Below are positions 1 to 10,575 of a stretch of 64,000 nt of DNA, piece by piece. The notes beneath the pieces were generated by a model. The model was not told the origin of the DNA and searched no databases. It was given only the letters and a program-made list of their open reading frames with translations. The DNA comes from Blastocatellia bacterium. Its GTDB lineage: Bacteria > Acidobacteriota > Blastocatellia > UBA7656. Position 1 is the stretch's first letter. Each line of letters begins with the position of its first letter. A program made the position numbers and the translations under genes. The stretch spans positions 160,001-224,000 of the forward strand of contig CAVXWP010000007.1 of NCBI GenBank assembly GCA_963765495.1, in the 5' to 3' direction.

Positions 1-2531
1 AGATAAGCCAGATGACGGCTCCGCGCTGCGCGCCGAGCGCCATACGGATACCGATCTCATTTGTGCGGCGCGCTACCGAATAAGAGAGCGTACCGTAGAG
101 ACCTACGCAGACGAGCAGAAGCGCGAGCAATCCGAAGAAAGCGGCAAGCCAGGCGACAAGTCTTTGCTGAACAAGCGACCGGCCTATGTGTTCCGAAAGT
201 GTCACGACTTCATCAATGGGGAGGTTGGAATTTACATCCTGGATGGAGCGTCTTATCAGCGGAATGACAGCCGCAGGTGAACCCGAGTAACGCACGATAA
301 AATTGCTGAGATTTCCTCCGCCCTGAGCGTGCGGATAATAAGCCATGGCTTGCGGGTCTTCGGTCAGGCTCATGGATTTGGAATCTTTCACAACGCCGAT
401 GATTTCGATCTCTTCTCTGGATTCGGGGCCGTCGATGCCAAAACGCCTGCCGAGCGGAGACTGGTTGGGAAAGAAACGTTCAGCCATCGTCTCACTTATC
501 ACGGCGACCTTCTGAGATTTAAACGTGTCCTGCGTGCCAAAGCTTCGACCGAGCACAAGCGGGATGCCCATCGCTGTGAAATAATCCGGGCCGATGGTGT
601 TATTCCTGATGACCTGGCTCCGGCCTTCGAATGTGGGTTTTTCACGCGTGAATGCAGGGGTTGTCCATGTGCCCTGATTAAATGTCATCATTGAAAATGA
701 AGCCGCCTCGACGCCCGGCACCGTCTCTACCTTCTCTTCAACCTCGCGGAGCATTTCGGCGAGTTGAGCGTCTTTATAGCCCGTTGGACTGGTATCGATT
801 TTAAATTGCAATGCGTTGTTTGTATTGAATCCTGTTGGAACATTCTCAAGATTTGTCAGAGTGCGGACAAACAATCCGGCTCCCACAAGCAATAGAAGCG
901 AAAGCGACACCTGCGCTATAACGAGCGCCCTGCCGAGCGGGCTCTGCGAAATGGCCTGCGCCGTGCCTCGCCCTCCTTTCAGCGATGTATAGGGTTCGAT
1001 TCGGGCAGCGCGCAGCGCCGGGGCCGTCCCAAAGATGACGGCCGATAGCAGCGATGCAAGCAAGGTGAAACCTAAAACGCGGGCGTTGGGGGATACGTCC
1101 AGAGGGAGCGGCTCGGAGCTTGCGGAAACCATGAGGACGAGCAAACGGCTGCCCCACCACGCAAGAAAGACGCCCGCGATGCCCCCGAGAGAGGCAAGCA
1201 GAATGCTTTCCGTCAGCAACTGGCGGATGAGGCGTATGCGGCCCGCGCCCAGAGCCAGCCGCACTGCGAACTCCTTCTGTCTGGATGCCGCGCGCGCAAG
1301 CAGGAGGTTGGCTACATTTGCGCAGGCTATCAGCAGCACAACCCCGACTACGGCCATCAGAATCCGCAACGACAGAGAGAACTCCTGGCGGAGTTCCGAC
1401 AGCCCCCGCCCGGCAGGAGTCAATACAATAAATGCTTTCTGGATGTCTTGCTGCCGCTCGGGTGAAGGTTGCGGTCCCGCTACTTCTTGAAGGAACTGTT
1501 TGAATTTCAGGTTTACGGCTGCGCTTGCCTGTTCTGTGCTCACGCCGTTTTTCAGACGAGCGATAATATTGAGCGATTGAAATAAGCCCTCATCCCGCCC
1601 GTTCCAGTGAGCGGGTGGGAACTGCTCTCCCATCGCCAGAGGCACATAGATATCGGGTGCCTGGCCGACCGTCGTGCCGAAAAACTCGCGCGGCGCGACT
1701 CCGACAATGGTGTATGCGACCTGATCAATCGTGATCGTTTTGCCGAGCGCCCGAGGGTTGCCGCCAAGCCTGTTTTCCCAGAAGGCGTGGCTCACTACGG
1801 CAATCGGATGCCCCCCGGGCGTCTGATCATCCTCGTCATTGAAGACGCGACCGAGATAAGGGGTCACCCCAAGCGTAGAGAAATAAGTGCCCGACACCAG
1901 TTGAGCATCGATCTGCTCCTGATTGCCGCTCGCTCCATTTGTATTGACGGAACCGTGTACGCTCCAGGGGATGCTCAAGGCGCCGCGACATCGGAAAAAG
2001 ACCTCATTGTGCTTCTGCACTTCTCTGTAAAAAGGATAGGAGAAGAGATCGCAGCTTTCGTTTGGGAAGCCGCCTGACACCCCCATCCCCTCGCCTCTCC
2101 CGAAGAGGATGAGCCGCTCAGGCTGCTCGACCGGAAGCGACTTGAGCAGCACTACATCGAGCAGGCTGAAGATCGCGGTGTTCGCCCCTATGCCGAGCGC
2201 GAGCGAAAGCACTGCAATCAGAGTGAACCCAGGTTTCTTGAGCAGCATTCGCGCGCCGTAACGTAAATCTTGAAACATATCATCCTCCAAACGGTAAGAT
2301 TGCAGCCAGAGCGCATCCCAGAATGCGCCAAGTGAGCGCCCGAGCAGATCGAGCTTCGCACGCCCGTCGAGGCGGTCCCACTCCGCAAGCAACATGTTCG
2401 CGGTAACGGAGTTCGGCCTCCCATTCATCGCGCCAATCTGCGGCGAAGACGGCGCAGGCACGAGCACGCCGATCAGACGGATCAGCCACAGCCAGAATCT
2501 GAAATCGAGTTTCAGTCGTCGGGTCAGACAT
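1..2531 (-). pseudogene. Frameshifted fifth ADOP (MacB/FtsX-like duplicated) permease, running to the window edge; true pseudogene or low-coverage sequencing error
   Basis: Fragments in shifting frames read like the intact neighbours: ADWRDEWEAELRYRE leader, GGAGG-atgat-ATG then FQDLRYGARMLLKKPGF, and [22 protein letters not shown] near 1200-1270. There are single-base insertions relative to the paralogs. Confidence 0.8.
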
Positions 2532-2545
2532 CAATTTCCACGGCC

Positions 2546-5221
2546 TCACTCGTGACGCAGGGCGACCATCGGGTCAACCTTTGTAGCTCTCCGCGCAGGC
2601 AGATAGCAGGCCAGTAGAGTGACCGACGTAAGGAGAAGAGAGATAACCGCAAATGTTACGGGATCGGTCGCGCTCACGCCGAAAAGCAGACTCTTCATCA
2701 ATCGCGTCAGCGCAAGGGCCGCTCCCAGACCAATCGCGACACCGATAAGGGTCAGCCGTATACCCCGCCCAATCACCAGCTTTAAGACATCCGATTTTTG
2801 CGCGCCCAAAGCCATGCGAACCCCGATCTCGTGTGTGCGCCGCGTGACCGAATAAGACATCACGCCGTAGATGCCTATGGCGGCAAGCAGAAGCGCAAGC
2901 AACCCGAAGCCGCCCAGGATCGAAGCCGCTATTCGCGCAGGGAGCATCGGAAGACTCAACTTCTCGACGAGCGTGTCGGAAGAGACCGGCATGTGCGGAT
3001 CGAGTTCCTGCACTTCGCGGCTCACGGCGGCCATCATCGTCTGTAAATCGCCCCTGGTGCGGACGATCACACTCGTAGCCCCTGTGTCGGACTGCCAGAT
3101 CGGACGAGCTACATAGGGGAGCGGGTCTTCATTCAAGCCCGCGTACTTGCCGTCTTCGACCACGCCGATGATCTTTGTCTTTGCCGCTTCGGGTCTGCCC
3201 AGACGAAATTGTCTGCCGAGCGGGTCTTCGCCGGGGAAGAGGCGGCGCGCGAATGTCTCGTTGATGATCGCCACACGTTCTCCCTGTTCATCGTCCTGAG
3301 GGGTGAAATCGCGGCCTTCGAGCATGCGCGTGCCCATCGCCTGGAAGTAGCCGGGGCCTACCCGGTTGTACATAGCCACGGGTACTTTTGCGTTTCGCTC
3401 CGGCGTTTGCCCTTCGGTAAAAATTTGAGTGCGCGAAAAATGAAGATCGACCGGGATGGTGTCGCCTATGCCTGTGGATTCGATGCCGGGCAGGGCGCGG
3501 ACGCGCTCAAGCAAACGTTTCTGAAACTCTTTGCCCTGAGCGTTCTCGTACCCTTGCAACCGAAGATCGAAAGAGACTTCGGCGGCGCGCTCGGGTTCGA
3601 ATCCGAGCTTGAGCGTCTGCGCCTTTTCGAGCGCCCGCATCATCAGCCCGCCGCCAACCAGCAGCATAAGCGACAGGGCGATCTGTAAGACGATCAGCCC
3701 GCTTTTCCAGAATGTGCGAGAGCTTCTGCCAAATAAAGACTCGCCTTTGAGCGCCGGGATCAGATCGGTCTTCGTGGTCTGTAAGGCTGGCAACAACCCG
3801 AAGACCACGCCGGTCACAAGCGAGAGCAGGAAGGTAAAGAGATACACTCTATAATCGACAGAGATACCAATCGTCACCGGAACATTGACCGGCATCTTGA
3901 TCGCCCCGGCCAGATTCACAAGCCACAGCGCAGGCAGCAAACCAAGCGCGCCGCCAAAGAGAGCAAGCAAGAGGCTTTCAGTCAGCAGTTGCCGCACGAG
4001 CCGGAAGCGGGTTGCGCCCAATGCCAGCCGCACGGCGATCTCTTTCTGTCGTTCCGCCGTTCGAGCCAGAAGCAGATTGGCCAGATTGATGCAGGCCAGC
4101 AACAGGACTACTCCAACCACAGCCATCAACAGCCCGAGAAAACCGAGCACGGGGCCGCGCATTGCATTGCCTATCAAACCGGGAGGCGACAGGGCGATAC
4201 GTTTGCCTTCGTTGACATCCGGGTATTCGCGCTCAAGCTGGGCGGCAATCGTGTTGAGCGCCGTTTCCGCCTGAGCTACGCTTATGCCGGGTTTGAGGCG
4301 GCCCTGCACAAAGATATTGTCATTGCCACGCTCGTCGAGCCAGTTGTTGCCCAGTTCGAGTTGCGCCTGCATCGCCATGGGGAAAAACAGGTCGGGCGCA
4401 GCGATGATTTCGGTTCCGAAAAAAGATTTTGGCGCTACACCTATGACGGTGTAACTGCGACCGTTGACAATCAAATCTCTGCCGATGATTTCCGGGTCTC
4501 CGCCAAAGCTGCTCTGCCAGTATTTGTAGCTCAATACGGTCACGGGATGCGCGCCCGCCGCCCGGTCGTCGTCAGGCGTGATCATCTGTCCGAGCGCCGC
4601 GTTTACGCCGAGAACATCAAAGTAATTGCCCGTCACCTCATAACCCCAGAGCCGTTTGTTGATCCCGTCGTGGCTCAGGCTGAGCGGCGTAAAGCGATAG
4701 CCGATGAGACCGGAAAACGCCTCGTTGCGATCACGCAGATCCTTGTAATTCGGATAAGAGAATGAAGGGAAAATATGGCGTTCCGCCATGTTGTTGAGCG
4801 CCACAATCTGGCCCGGCCCCCGGACAGGCAACGGACGCAACAAAACGGTATTGATCAAACTGAAGATGGCGGTATTTGCGCCCGTGCCAAGCGCAAGCGA
4901 GAGCACCGCAACAAGCGTAAAGCCTCTGTTCTTGAGCAGCATTCGCACGCCGTAACGTATGTCTTGAATCATCTCGTCCTCCCAACGATAAGTTTGCAAC
5001 CAGAGCGCATCCCAGAACGCGCCAAGTGAGCGCCTGAGCAGATCAAGCCGTGCACGCCAGCCGAGGCGGTCCCACTCCGCAAGCAACAGTTCGCGGTAAC
5101 GGAGTTCGGCTTCCCACTCTTCGCGCCAATCAGCGCGAACCCTGCCGGGCACGATCACGCCGATCAAACGGATCAGCCACAGCCAGAATCGAAACCGGTT
5201 TGATTGAGCCGTGTCGGTCAT
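2546..5221 (-). CDS. ADOP-family duplicated ABC-type permease (MacB_PCD+FtsX x2) with N-terminal leader
   Basis: 891 aa; [65 protein letters not shown]. Confidence 0.93.
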   Translation of the reverse strand: MTDTAQSNRFRFWLWLIRLIGVIVPGRVRADWREEWEAELRYRELLLAEWDRLGWRARLDLLRRSLGAFWDALWLQTYRWEDEMIQDIRYGVRMLLKNRGFTLVAVLSLALGTGANTAIFSLINTVLLRPLPVRGPGQIVALNNMAERHIFPSFSYPNYKDLRDRNEAFSGLIGYRFTPLSLSHDGINKRLWGYEVTGNYFDVLGVNAALGQMITPDDDRAAGAHPVTVLSYKYWQSSFGGDPEIIGRDLIVNGRSYTVIGVAPKSFFGTEIIAAPDLFFPMAMQAQLELGNNWLDERGNDNIFVQGRLKPGISVAQAETALNTIAAQLEREYPDVNEGKRIALSPPGLIGNAMRGPVLGFLGLLMAVVGVVLLLACINLANLLLARTAERQKEIAVRLALGATRFRLVRQLLTESLLLALFGGALGLLPALWLVNLAGAIKMPVNVPVTIGISVDYRVYLFTFLLSLVTGVVFGLLPALQTTKTDLIPALKGESLFGRSSRTFWKSGLIVLQIALSLMLLVGGGLMMRALEKAQTLKLGFEPERAAEVSFDLRLQGYENAQGKEFQKRLLERVRALPGIESTGIGDTIPVDLHFSRTQIFTEGQTPERNAKVPVAMYNRVGPGYFQAMGTRMLEGRDFTPQDDEQGERVAIINETFARRLFPGEDPLGRQFRLGRPEAAKTKIIGVVEDGKYAGLNEDPLPYVARPIWQSDTGATSVIVRTRGDLQTMMAAVSREVQELDPHMPVSSDTLVEKLSLPMLPARIAASILGGFGLLALLLAAIGIYGVMSYSVTRRTHEIGVRMALGAQKSDVLKLVIGRGIRLTLIGVAIGLGAALALTRLMKSLLFGVSATDPVTFAVISLLLTSVTLLACYLPARRATKVDPMVALRHE
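4965..5088. repeat. 124-bp block identical to 7652..7775 (ADOP leader repeat)
   Basis: Direct base-by-base comparison; related copies lie near 2270-2500, 10290-10500 and 12955-13190. Confidence 0.92.
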
Positions 5222-5226
5222 CGGGT

Positions 5227-7881
5227 TTACTCGTGCCGTAAGGCAGTCAGCGGGTCAACCTTCGTAGCTCGCCAGGCCGGCACGAAACAGGCCAGCAGCG
5301 CCACTATCATCAGAAGCAGGGTAATAACTCCGAAAGTCGCCGGATCGGTCGTGCTCACGCCATACAGCATTTTTACCATCAGCCTGGTCAGCACCAGCGC
5401 GGCTGCCAATCCGAGCGCCACCCCGCTCAACGCCATCTTCAATCCGTGACCCAGGACCAGACGCAGCACGTCCGCGCGCTGTGCGCCAAGCGCCAGGCGG
5501 ATGCCCAGTTCGTGTGTGCGCTGGCCGATGAGGTATGAGATGACGCCGTAAAGACCCAGGCTCGCAAGCAGCAGCGCCACTACGGCGAAGGCATCGAGGA
5601 GGATCATCGAGAAGCGCCGCGCCGCAAGCGAGTCGGCGATTACCTCATCCATCGTTTGAGGTCTGAAGATGACATTCTGGCTGTTCTGACTTTGCACGAC
5701 TCCGCGGATCGAGTCAAAAAGCGAGGGAGGCACGGCTCCTGCTTCTCCGGCTAACCCTTCGGTACGCATTATTACGTCCACGCCCGAAGGGCTGCCCGAT
5801 AATTGTCTGAACGGTTCGTAGAGTTGAGCCTGAAGCGATGTCTGATCATCCGAATCGAGACCCCACTGTTTCACGTGCCCGACCACCCCGACGATCTGCG
5901 CCTGATCGCCCTCCAGATTTATTCGCTTGCCGATGGGGTCTGTGTCAGGGAAGTATTTGAGGGCAAAAGCCTCGTCAATCACCACGACATTCGGAGATCG
6001 TTCATCATCCTGTTCGGTGAAGAAACGGCCCTGCTTGAGCGGGATGTCCATCGCCGTCAGATAGGCAGGTTCGACCCTGTATACAAGCGCCATGTTCATC
6101 TCGCTGTTGCTCGCAGGTTTCGGCTGGCCTTCGATCCAGAAGAACAGGTCATCCTCGCTCTGCATGGGAGATGCGCCCACTGAAAATGAGGCGGCCCGGA
6201 CACCCGGCATGGAGTTGAGCCTGTCGCTCAGTTCGCGCAGGTTGGCGCGAGCCGCTTCCGGGGTTGCCGTCTTCATTGACGGCGGAAAGCCGAGTCCAAA
6301 CGTCAACACCTCATCCGAGCGAAATCCCGGATCGACATCCCAGAGCGCGCTCAGGCTGCGGATCATCAAGCCCGCGCCGATAAGCAAAACGACCGCCAGC
6401 CCCATCTCAACCGCGACCAGGACGGCCTGCGCCCGCCCGCGCCCGCCGCTTACGCCGCGCCCGCCCTCCTTTAGCGTTTCCGATAACCGCCACTGCGAAG
6501 TCTTCAGCGCCGGAACCATCCCCGCCACTATCCCTGTGAGCAGCGAAACGGCCAGCGTGAAAAGCAGTACGCGTCCGTCCAGCCCAACCTCTTCCGAGCG
6601 GGGCAACGCTGTGGGCAGCACGCCAAGCGCGGCGCGTGTTCCCCATCCAGCAAGCAACACCCCGAGCCCCCCGCCTGCAAGCGACAGCAGTATGCTTTCG
6701 GTGAGCAGTTGACGGAGCAAGCGCCACTGCCCGGCGCCAAGGGCGGCGCGGATGGCGAATTCGCGTCTCCTGCCGGTCGAGCGCGCAAGCAGCAGATTGC
6801 TGACGTTTACGCAGGCAATCAGCAGCACAAACCCGACCGCGCCAAATAACATCCACAGGGTAGGCCCGATGTCGCCAACCATCCTTTCCTTGAGCGGTAT
6901 GAGCTTCGCGCCGTTGCCCTTGTTGGCATCAGGATAAGTGGCGGCGAGATTCTCCATCACTCTATCCATGTCGGCCTGCGCCTGCGCGACACTGATGCCG
7001 GGTTTGATTCGGCCAATGCCGTGCAGCCCCAAGGCGGCGCTGCGGTTTTGCAGGGCGGGGGTATTCCACTGGCCAATCGGCACATAGACATCGGTGCCGC
7101 GATACAGATTGAAGCTTGCGGGGAGCACGCCTATGATCGTGTAGCTCTTGTCATCAAGGGTCAGGCTTTTTCCAAGCACATCCGGCGCGGCATCGAATTT
7201 GCGCTGCCAGAGGGCCGTGCTGATCATCACCACGGGGCTTGCGCCGCGCTCATCTTCGCCCGGCTCAAAGGCGCGCCCCAGCGCGGGCTCGACACCGAGA
7301 ACAGAGAAAAAATCCGCCGAGATCATCCTTCCATCCAGGCGCTCGGCTTCGCCCGTGCCGATCAGACTGAAACCGTACCCGCGCGAGATGGCCATAGCGG
7401 AGAAGGTCTGGTTCTCTTTTTGCCAGTCACGAAAATTCGGATAGGGGATTGCGCCGGTTTCGAAATTCGGTTTGCTCTGATGCAGCGTCACGATCTGCTC
7501 GGGCTGCGGGTAGGGCAGCGGATTGAGCAGCACGCCGTTGACTACGGAAAAGAGCGCCGCGTTAGCCCCAATGCCGAGCGCAAGCGTTATCACTATCATC
7601 CCGGTGAAGCCGGGGTTCTTGAGCAGCATCCGCACGCCGTAACGTATGTCCTGAATCATCTCGTCCTCCCAACGATAAGTTTGCAACCAGAGCGCATCCC
7701 AGAACGCGCCAAGTGAGCGCCTGAGCAGATCAAGCCGTGCACGCCAGCCGAGGCGGTCCCACTCCGCAAGCAACATTTCGCGGTAACGGAGTTCGGCTTT
7801 CCATTCCTCGCGCCAATTGGCGCGGAGCCGCCTCGGGACAATCAAACCGATAAATCGAATCAGCGACAGATGCGGTTTCAC
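5227..7881 (-). CDS. ADOP-family duplicated permease with N-terminal leader
   Basis: 884 aa; same ADOP motifs; ends [11 protein letters not shown]. Confidence 0.93.
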   Translation of the reverse strand: MKPHLSLIRFIGLIVPRRLRANWREEWKAELRYREMLLAEWDRLGWRARLDLLRRSLGAFWDALWLQTYRWEDEMIQDIRYGVRMLLKNPGFTGMIVITLALGIGANAALFSVVNGVLLNPLPYPQPEQIVTLHQSKPNFETGAIPYPNFRDWQKENQTFSAMAISRGYGFSLIGTGEAERLDGRMISADFFSVLGVEPALGRAFEPGEDERGASPVVMISTALWQRKFDAAPDVLGKSLTLDDKSYTIIGVLPASFNLYRGTDVYVPIGQWNTPALQNRSAALGLHGIGRIKPGISVAQAQADMDRVMENLAATYPDANKGNGAKLIPLKERMVGDIGPTLWMLFGAVGFVLLIACVNVSNLLLARSTGRRREFAIRAALGAGQWRLLRQLLTESILLSLAGGGLGVLLAGWGTRAALGVLPTALPRSEEVGLDGRVLLFTLAVSLLTGIVAGMVPALKTSQWRLSETLKEGGRGVSGGRGRAQAVLVAVEMGLAVVLLIGAGLMIRSLSALWDVDPGFRSDEVLTFGLGFPPSMKTATPEAARANLRELSDRLNSMPGVRAASFSVGASPMQSEDDLFFWIEGQPKPASNSEMNMALVYRVEPAYLTAMDIPLKQGRFFTEQDDERSPNVVVIDEAFALKYFPDTDPIGKRINLEGDQAQIVGVVGHVKQWGLDSDDQTSLQAQLYEPFRQLSGSPSGVDVIMRTEGLAGEAGAVPPSLFDSIRGVVQSQNSQNVIFRPQTMDEVIADSLAARRFSMILLDAFAVVALLLASLGLYGVISYLIGQRTHELGIRLALGAQRADVLRLVLGHGLKMALSGVALGLAAALVLTRLMVKMLYGVSTTDPATFGVITLLLMIVALLACFVPAWRATKVDPLTALRHE
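7652..7775. repeat. 124-bp block identical to 4965..5088
   Basis: Direct comparison. Confidence 0.92.
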
Positions 7882-7893
7882 AATCGCCCCCGG

Positions 7894-10575
7894 TCATTCC
7901 TGCCTTAGCGCCGTCAACGGGTCGACCTTTGTCGCTCTGCGCGCGGGCAGATAACAGGCAAACAAGGCGACGCTCAACAACAGGAGCGCAACGCCTGCAA
8001 ACGTCAGCGGATCGGTTGCGCTCACATCATAAAGCAGCCCGATTAACAGGCGTGTCACCGCCCACGCAGAGAGCAATCCGATGCCTACGCCGACGAGTGT
8101 GAGTTTTATGCCTTGCCGCAAAATCAGATTGAGCACATCGCTTGTTTGCGCGCCCAATGCCAGCCGCACCCCGATCTCTTGCGTGCGCTCGGTGACGTTG
8201 CCGGAGAGTACGCCATAGATGCCGATGGTTGCGAGCGCGAGCGCCACGAGTCCGAACATCTCGAACAGTATCATCGCAAAATGTCGCTCGGCGGCTGATG
8301 CCGCGAGCAGGTCATCCATCGTGACGATCCGCGCAATTGACTGATCTTTGTCAACAGACCAGATCGCCTTTTTGATGGCGGGGGCAAGCGCCGCCGCATC
8401 ACCGCTCGTGCGGACCACAAGCGACATCGCCCTGTCGGCGAAGGGCCACTGATCGGTCGGGACATACACGGCATCCGACTGGCTCACCGCGAGCGATGCC
8501 TGCTTTACGTCGCCGACCACGCCCACGATTGTGTATAACGGTCCGTCTATCGGTCCGATGCGCAGACGCTGACCAATCGGGTCAACTCCGGGGAACTTGC
8601 GATTTGCGAAAGACTCGCTGATCTGCGCGACGAGCAGAGCATTCGCGCGGTCGTGTTCGTCGAGCAGACGGCCCTGACGGAGAGGGATTCCTGTCGTTTC
8701 GAAATAGCCCGGGCTTACCGCGTATCGAAACGCGCTGTGATCTTCTTCGGGGCTTTCATTCGGGCTTGATTCGAAGTGCACGCCGTATTGATCCAGATCG
8801 CCGCTCAAGGGCAACTGGCTGGTGAAGGCCGCCCGAGTGACACCGGGAATCTGACGCACCGCCTCCAGGGTCTGGCTGAAGAACCGATGAGTGGCTGCGT
8901 TGTCAAAGCGGTGCCCCGATGTCTGCACCTGCATTGTGAGCAGGTGTGAAGCGTCGAACCCCGGATCAACCGCAAAGAGTCGCTGCATACTACGCAACAG
9001 CAATCCCGCGCTCACAAGCAGCACAAAGGCGAGCGCCACCTCCGCGACGACGAGCGTTCCGCGCGTCAGCCTGTGACCGCCGGTCACGCGCCTCGAACTT
9101 TGCTGTATCCCCGTGTGGAGGTCAGCCCGAGATACGTGTAGGGCCGGAATCAGCCCCGTCAAAAGCCCGATCAGCGTGGTGAGGCCCAATCCGAAGGCGA
9201 ATACATTTCCATTGATGACTATCGCATTTACCCGGGGAAGACCGGGTGGGCTGAGCGCCACCAGTGCTCCTACACCGAACTGCGCCACCAGCATCCCGAG
9301 AGCGCCGCCGAGTATGGCAAGCAGCAGACTCTCGGTGAGGAGTTGCCGGATTATCCGAGTACGCCCGGCACCAAGCGCGGCGCGAACCGTAAATTCGCCG
9401 CGCCGCTGTGTGCCGCGAGCCAGCAACAGATTCGTCACGTTTACGCAGGCTATCGTGAGCACCAGCAGTACCGCGCCGAGGACGGCAACGAGCGCAGGCC
9501 TTACGCCGCGTGTGATTTCGTCCTTGAGCGAATTCACTATGAGCCCATCTTTGAGTGCCGCCCAGGGCGCTCTGGGAAAATCGGGCACAGGGGAGTGGGC
9601 GATGGAGTCAATCTCTAATCCGGCCTGGTCTGTTGTGATGCCCGGGCGCAATCGGCCTACTATGTGAAGGTGATGCCCCCACGCCTGCGGGAGCGACATG
9701 TCATATTGCATCGGCGTCCACAGTTCCGCCGCAGGAGACAGGACATTTTCGAAGGCAACCGGCATCACTCCGATGACCGTATAGCTGTTGTCGTCGAGCG
9801 TGATCTGCCGCCCGATAATCGTGTGATCACCGCCGAAGCGCCGTTGCCAGAGCCCGTTGCCGAGGATGGCTACTCTGGGGCCGCCCAGCCGATCATCGGA
9901 TGAATCGAAGTCCCGTCCAATCATCGGCGGCACTCCCAATACCTGAAAATAACTCGCGCTCACGCGCTGCCCATCCAGGCGCTCGGGCTCGGTTTGCCCG
10001 GTCATGGTCGGTTGCCAGGGTTTTACTACCGCGATTGCGTCGAAGGCGCTACTCCGTTCCGCCAGTTCGCGATAGGTGCCGAAGGTGCCGTCAAGGTGCG
10101 AGCCTTCGGGGCCGTGGTCCCAGATCATCTGTATACGGTCGGCTGAAGGATAGGGCAAGGGCTCGAATAGAACGGGTTTCACCGCACTGAAGATCGCGGT
10201 GCTTGCGCCAATCCCAAGCGCAAGCGTTAAGACGGCAATTAGAGTGAACGCGGGGTTTTTCCAAAGCATTCGAATACCAAAACGCAGGTCCTGAATCATC
10301 TCGTCCTCCCAACGGTAAGTTTGCAGCCAGAGCGCATCCCAAAACGCGCCTATGCTTCGCCTGAGCAGATCGAGTTTCGCAAGCCATCCGAGACGGTCCC
10401 ACTCTGAAAGCATCGCTTCGCGGTAACGGAGTTCGGCCTGCCACTCTGCGCGCCAGTCTCGGCGAAGACGGCGGGGCACGATCACGCCTATGAATGCGAT
10501 CAACCAGAGATGAAGCTTTAAGGGGACTCTTTTGCCGTTTTGCATTCCGCACTCTGCCTTCCGCGCTCGAATCAC
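7894..10575 (-). CDS. ADOP-family duplicated permease with N-terminal leader (start uncertain: GTG 10575 or ATG 10545)
   Basis: 893 aa; ADOP motifs; the GTG overlaps the upstream stop (GTGA). Confidence 0.92.
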   Translation of the reverse strand: MIRARKAECGMQNGKRVPLKLHLWLIAFIGVIVPRRLRRDWRAEWQAELRYREAMLSEWDRLGWLAKLDLLRRSIGAFWDALWLQTYRWEDEMIQDLRFGIRMLWKNPAFTLIAVLTLALGIGASTAIFSAVKPVLFEPLPYPSADRIQMIWDHGPEGSHLDGTFGTYRELAERSSAFDAIAVVKPWQPTMTGQTEPERLDGQRVSASYFQVLGVPPMIGRDFDSSDDRLGGPRVAILGNGLWQRRFGGDHTIIGRQITLDDNSYTVIGVMPVAFENVLSPAAELWTPMQYDMSLPQAWGHHLHIVGRLRPGITTDQAGLEIDSIAHSPVPDFPRAPWAALKDGLIVNSLKDEITRGVRPALVAVLGAVLLVLTIACVNVTNLLLARGTQRRGEFTVRAALGAGRTRIIRQLLTESLLLAILGGALGMLVAQFGVGALVALSPPGLPRVNAIVINGNVFAFGLGLTTLIGLLTGLIPALHVSRADLHTGIQQSSRRVTGGHRLTRGTLVVAEVALAFVLLVSAGLLLRSMQRLFAVDPGFDASHLLTMQVQTSGHRFDNAATHRFFSQTLEAVRQIPGVTRAAFTSQLPLSGDLDQYGVHFESSPNESPEEDHSAFRYAVSPGYFETTGIPLRQGRLLDEHDRANALLVAQISESFANRKFPGVDPIGQRLRIGPIDGPLYTIVGVVGDVKQASLAVSQSDAVYVPTDQWPFADRAMSLVVRTSGDAAALAPAIKKAIWSVDKDQSIARIVTMDDLLAASAAERHFAMILFEMFGLVALALATIGIYGVLSGNVTERTQEIGVRLALGAQTSDVLNLILRQGIKLTLVGVGIGLLSAWAVTRLLIGLLYDVSATDPLTFAGVALLLLSVALFACYLPARRATKVDPLTALRQE

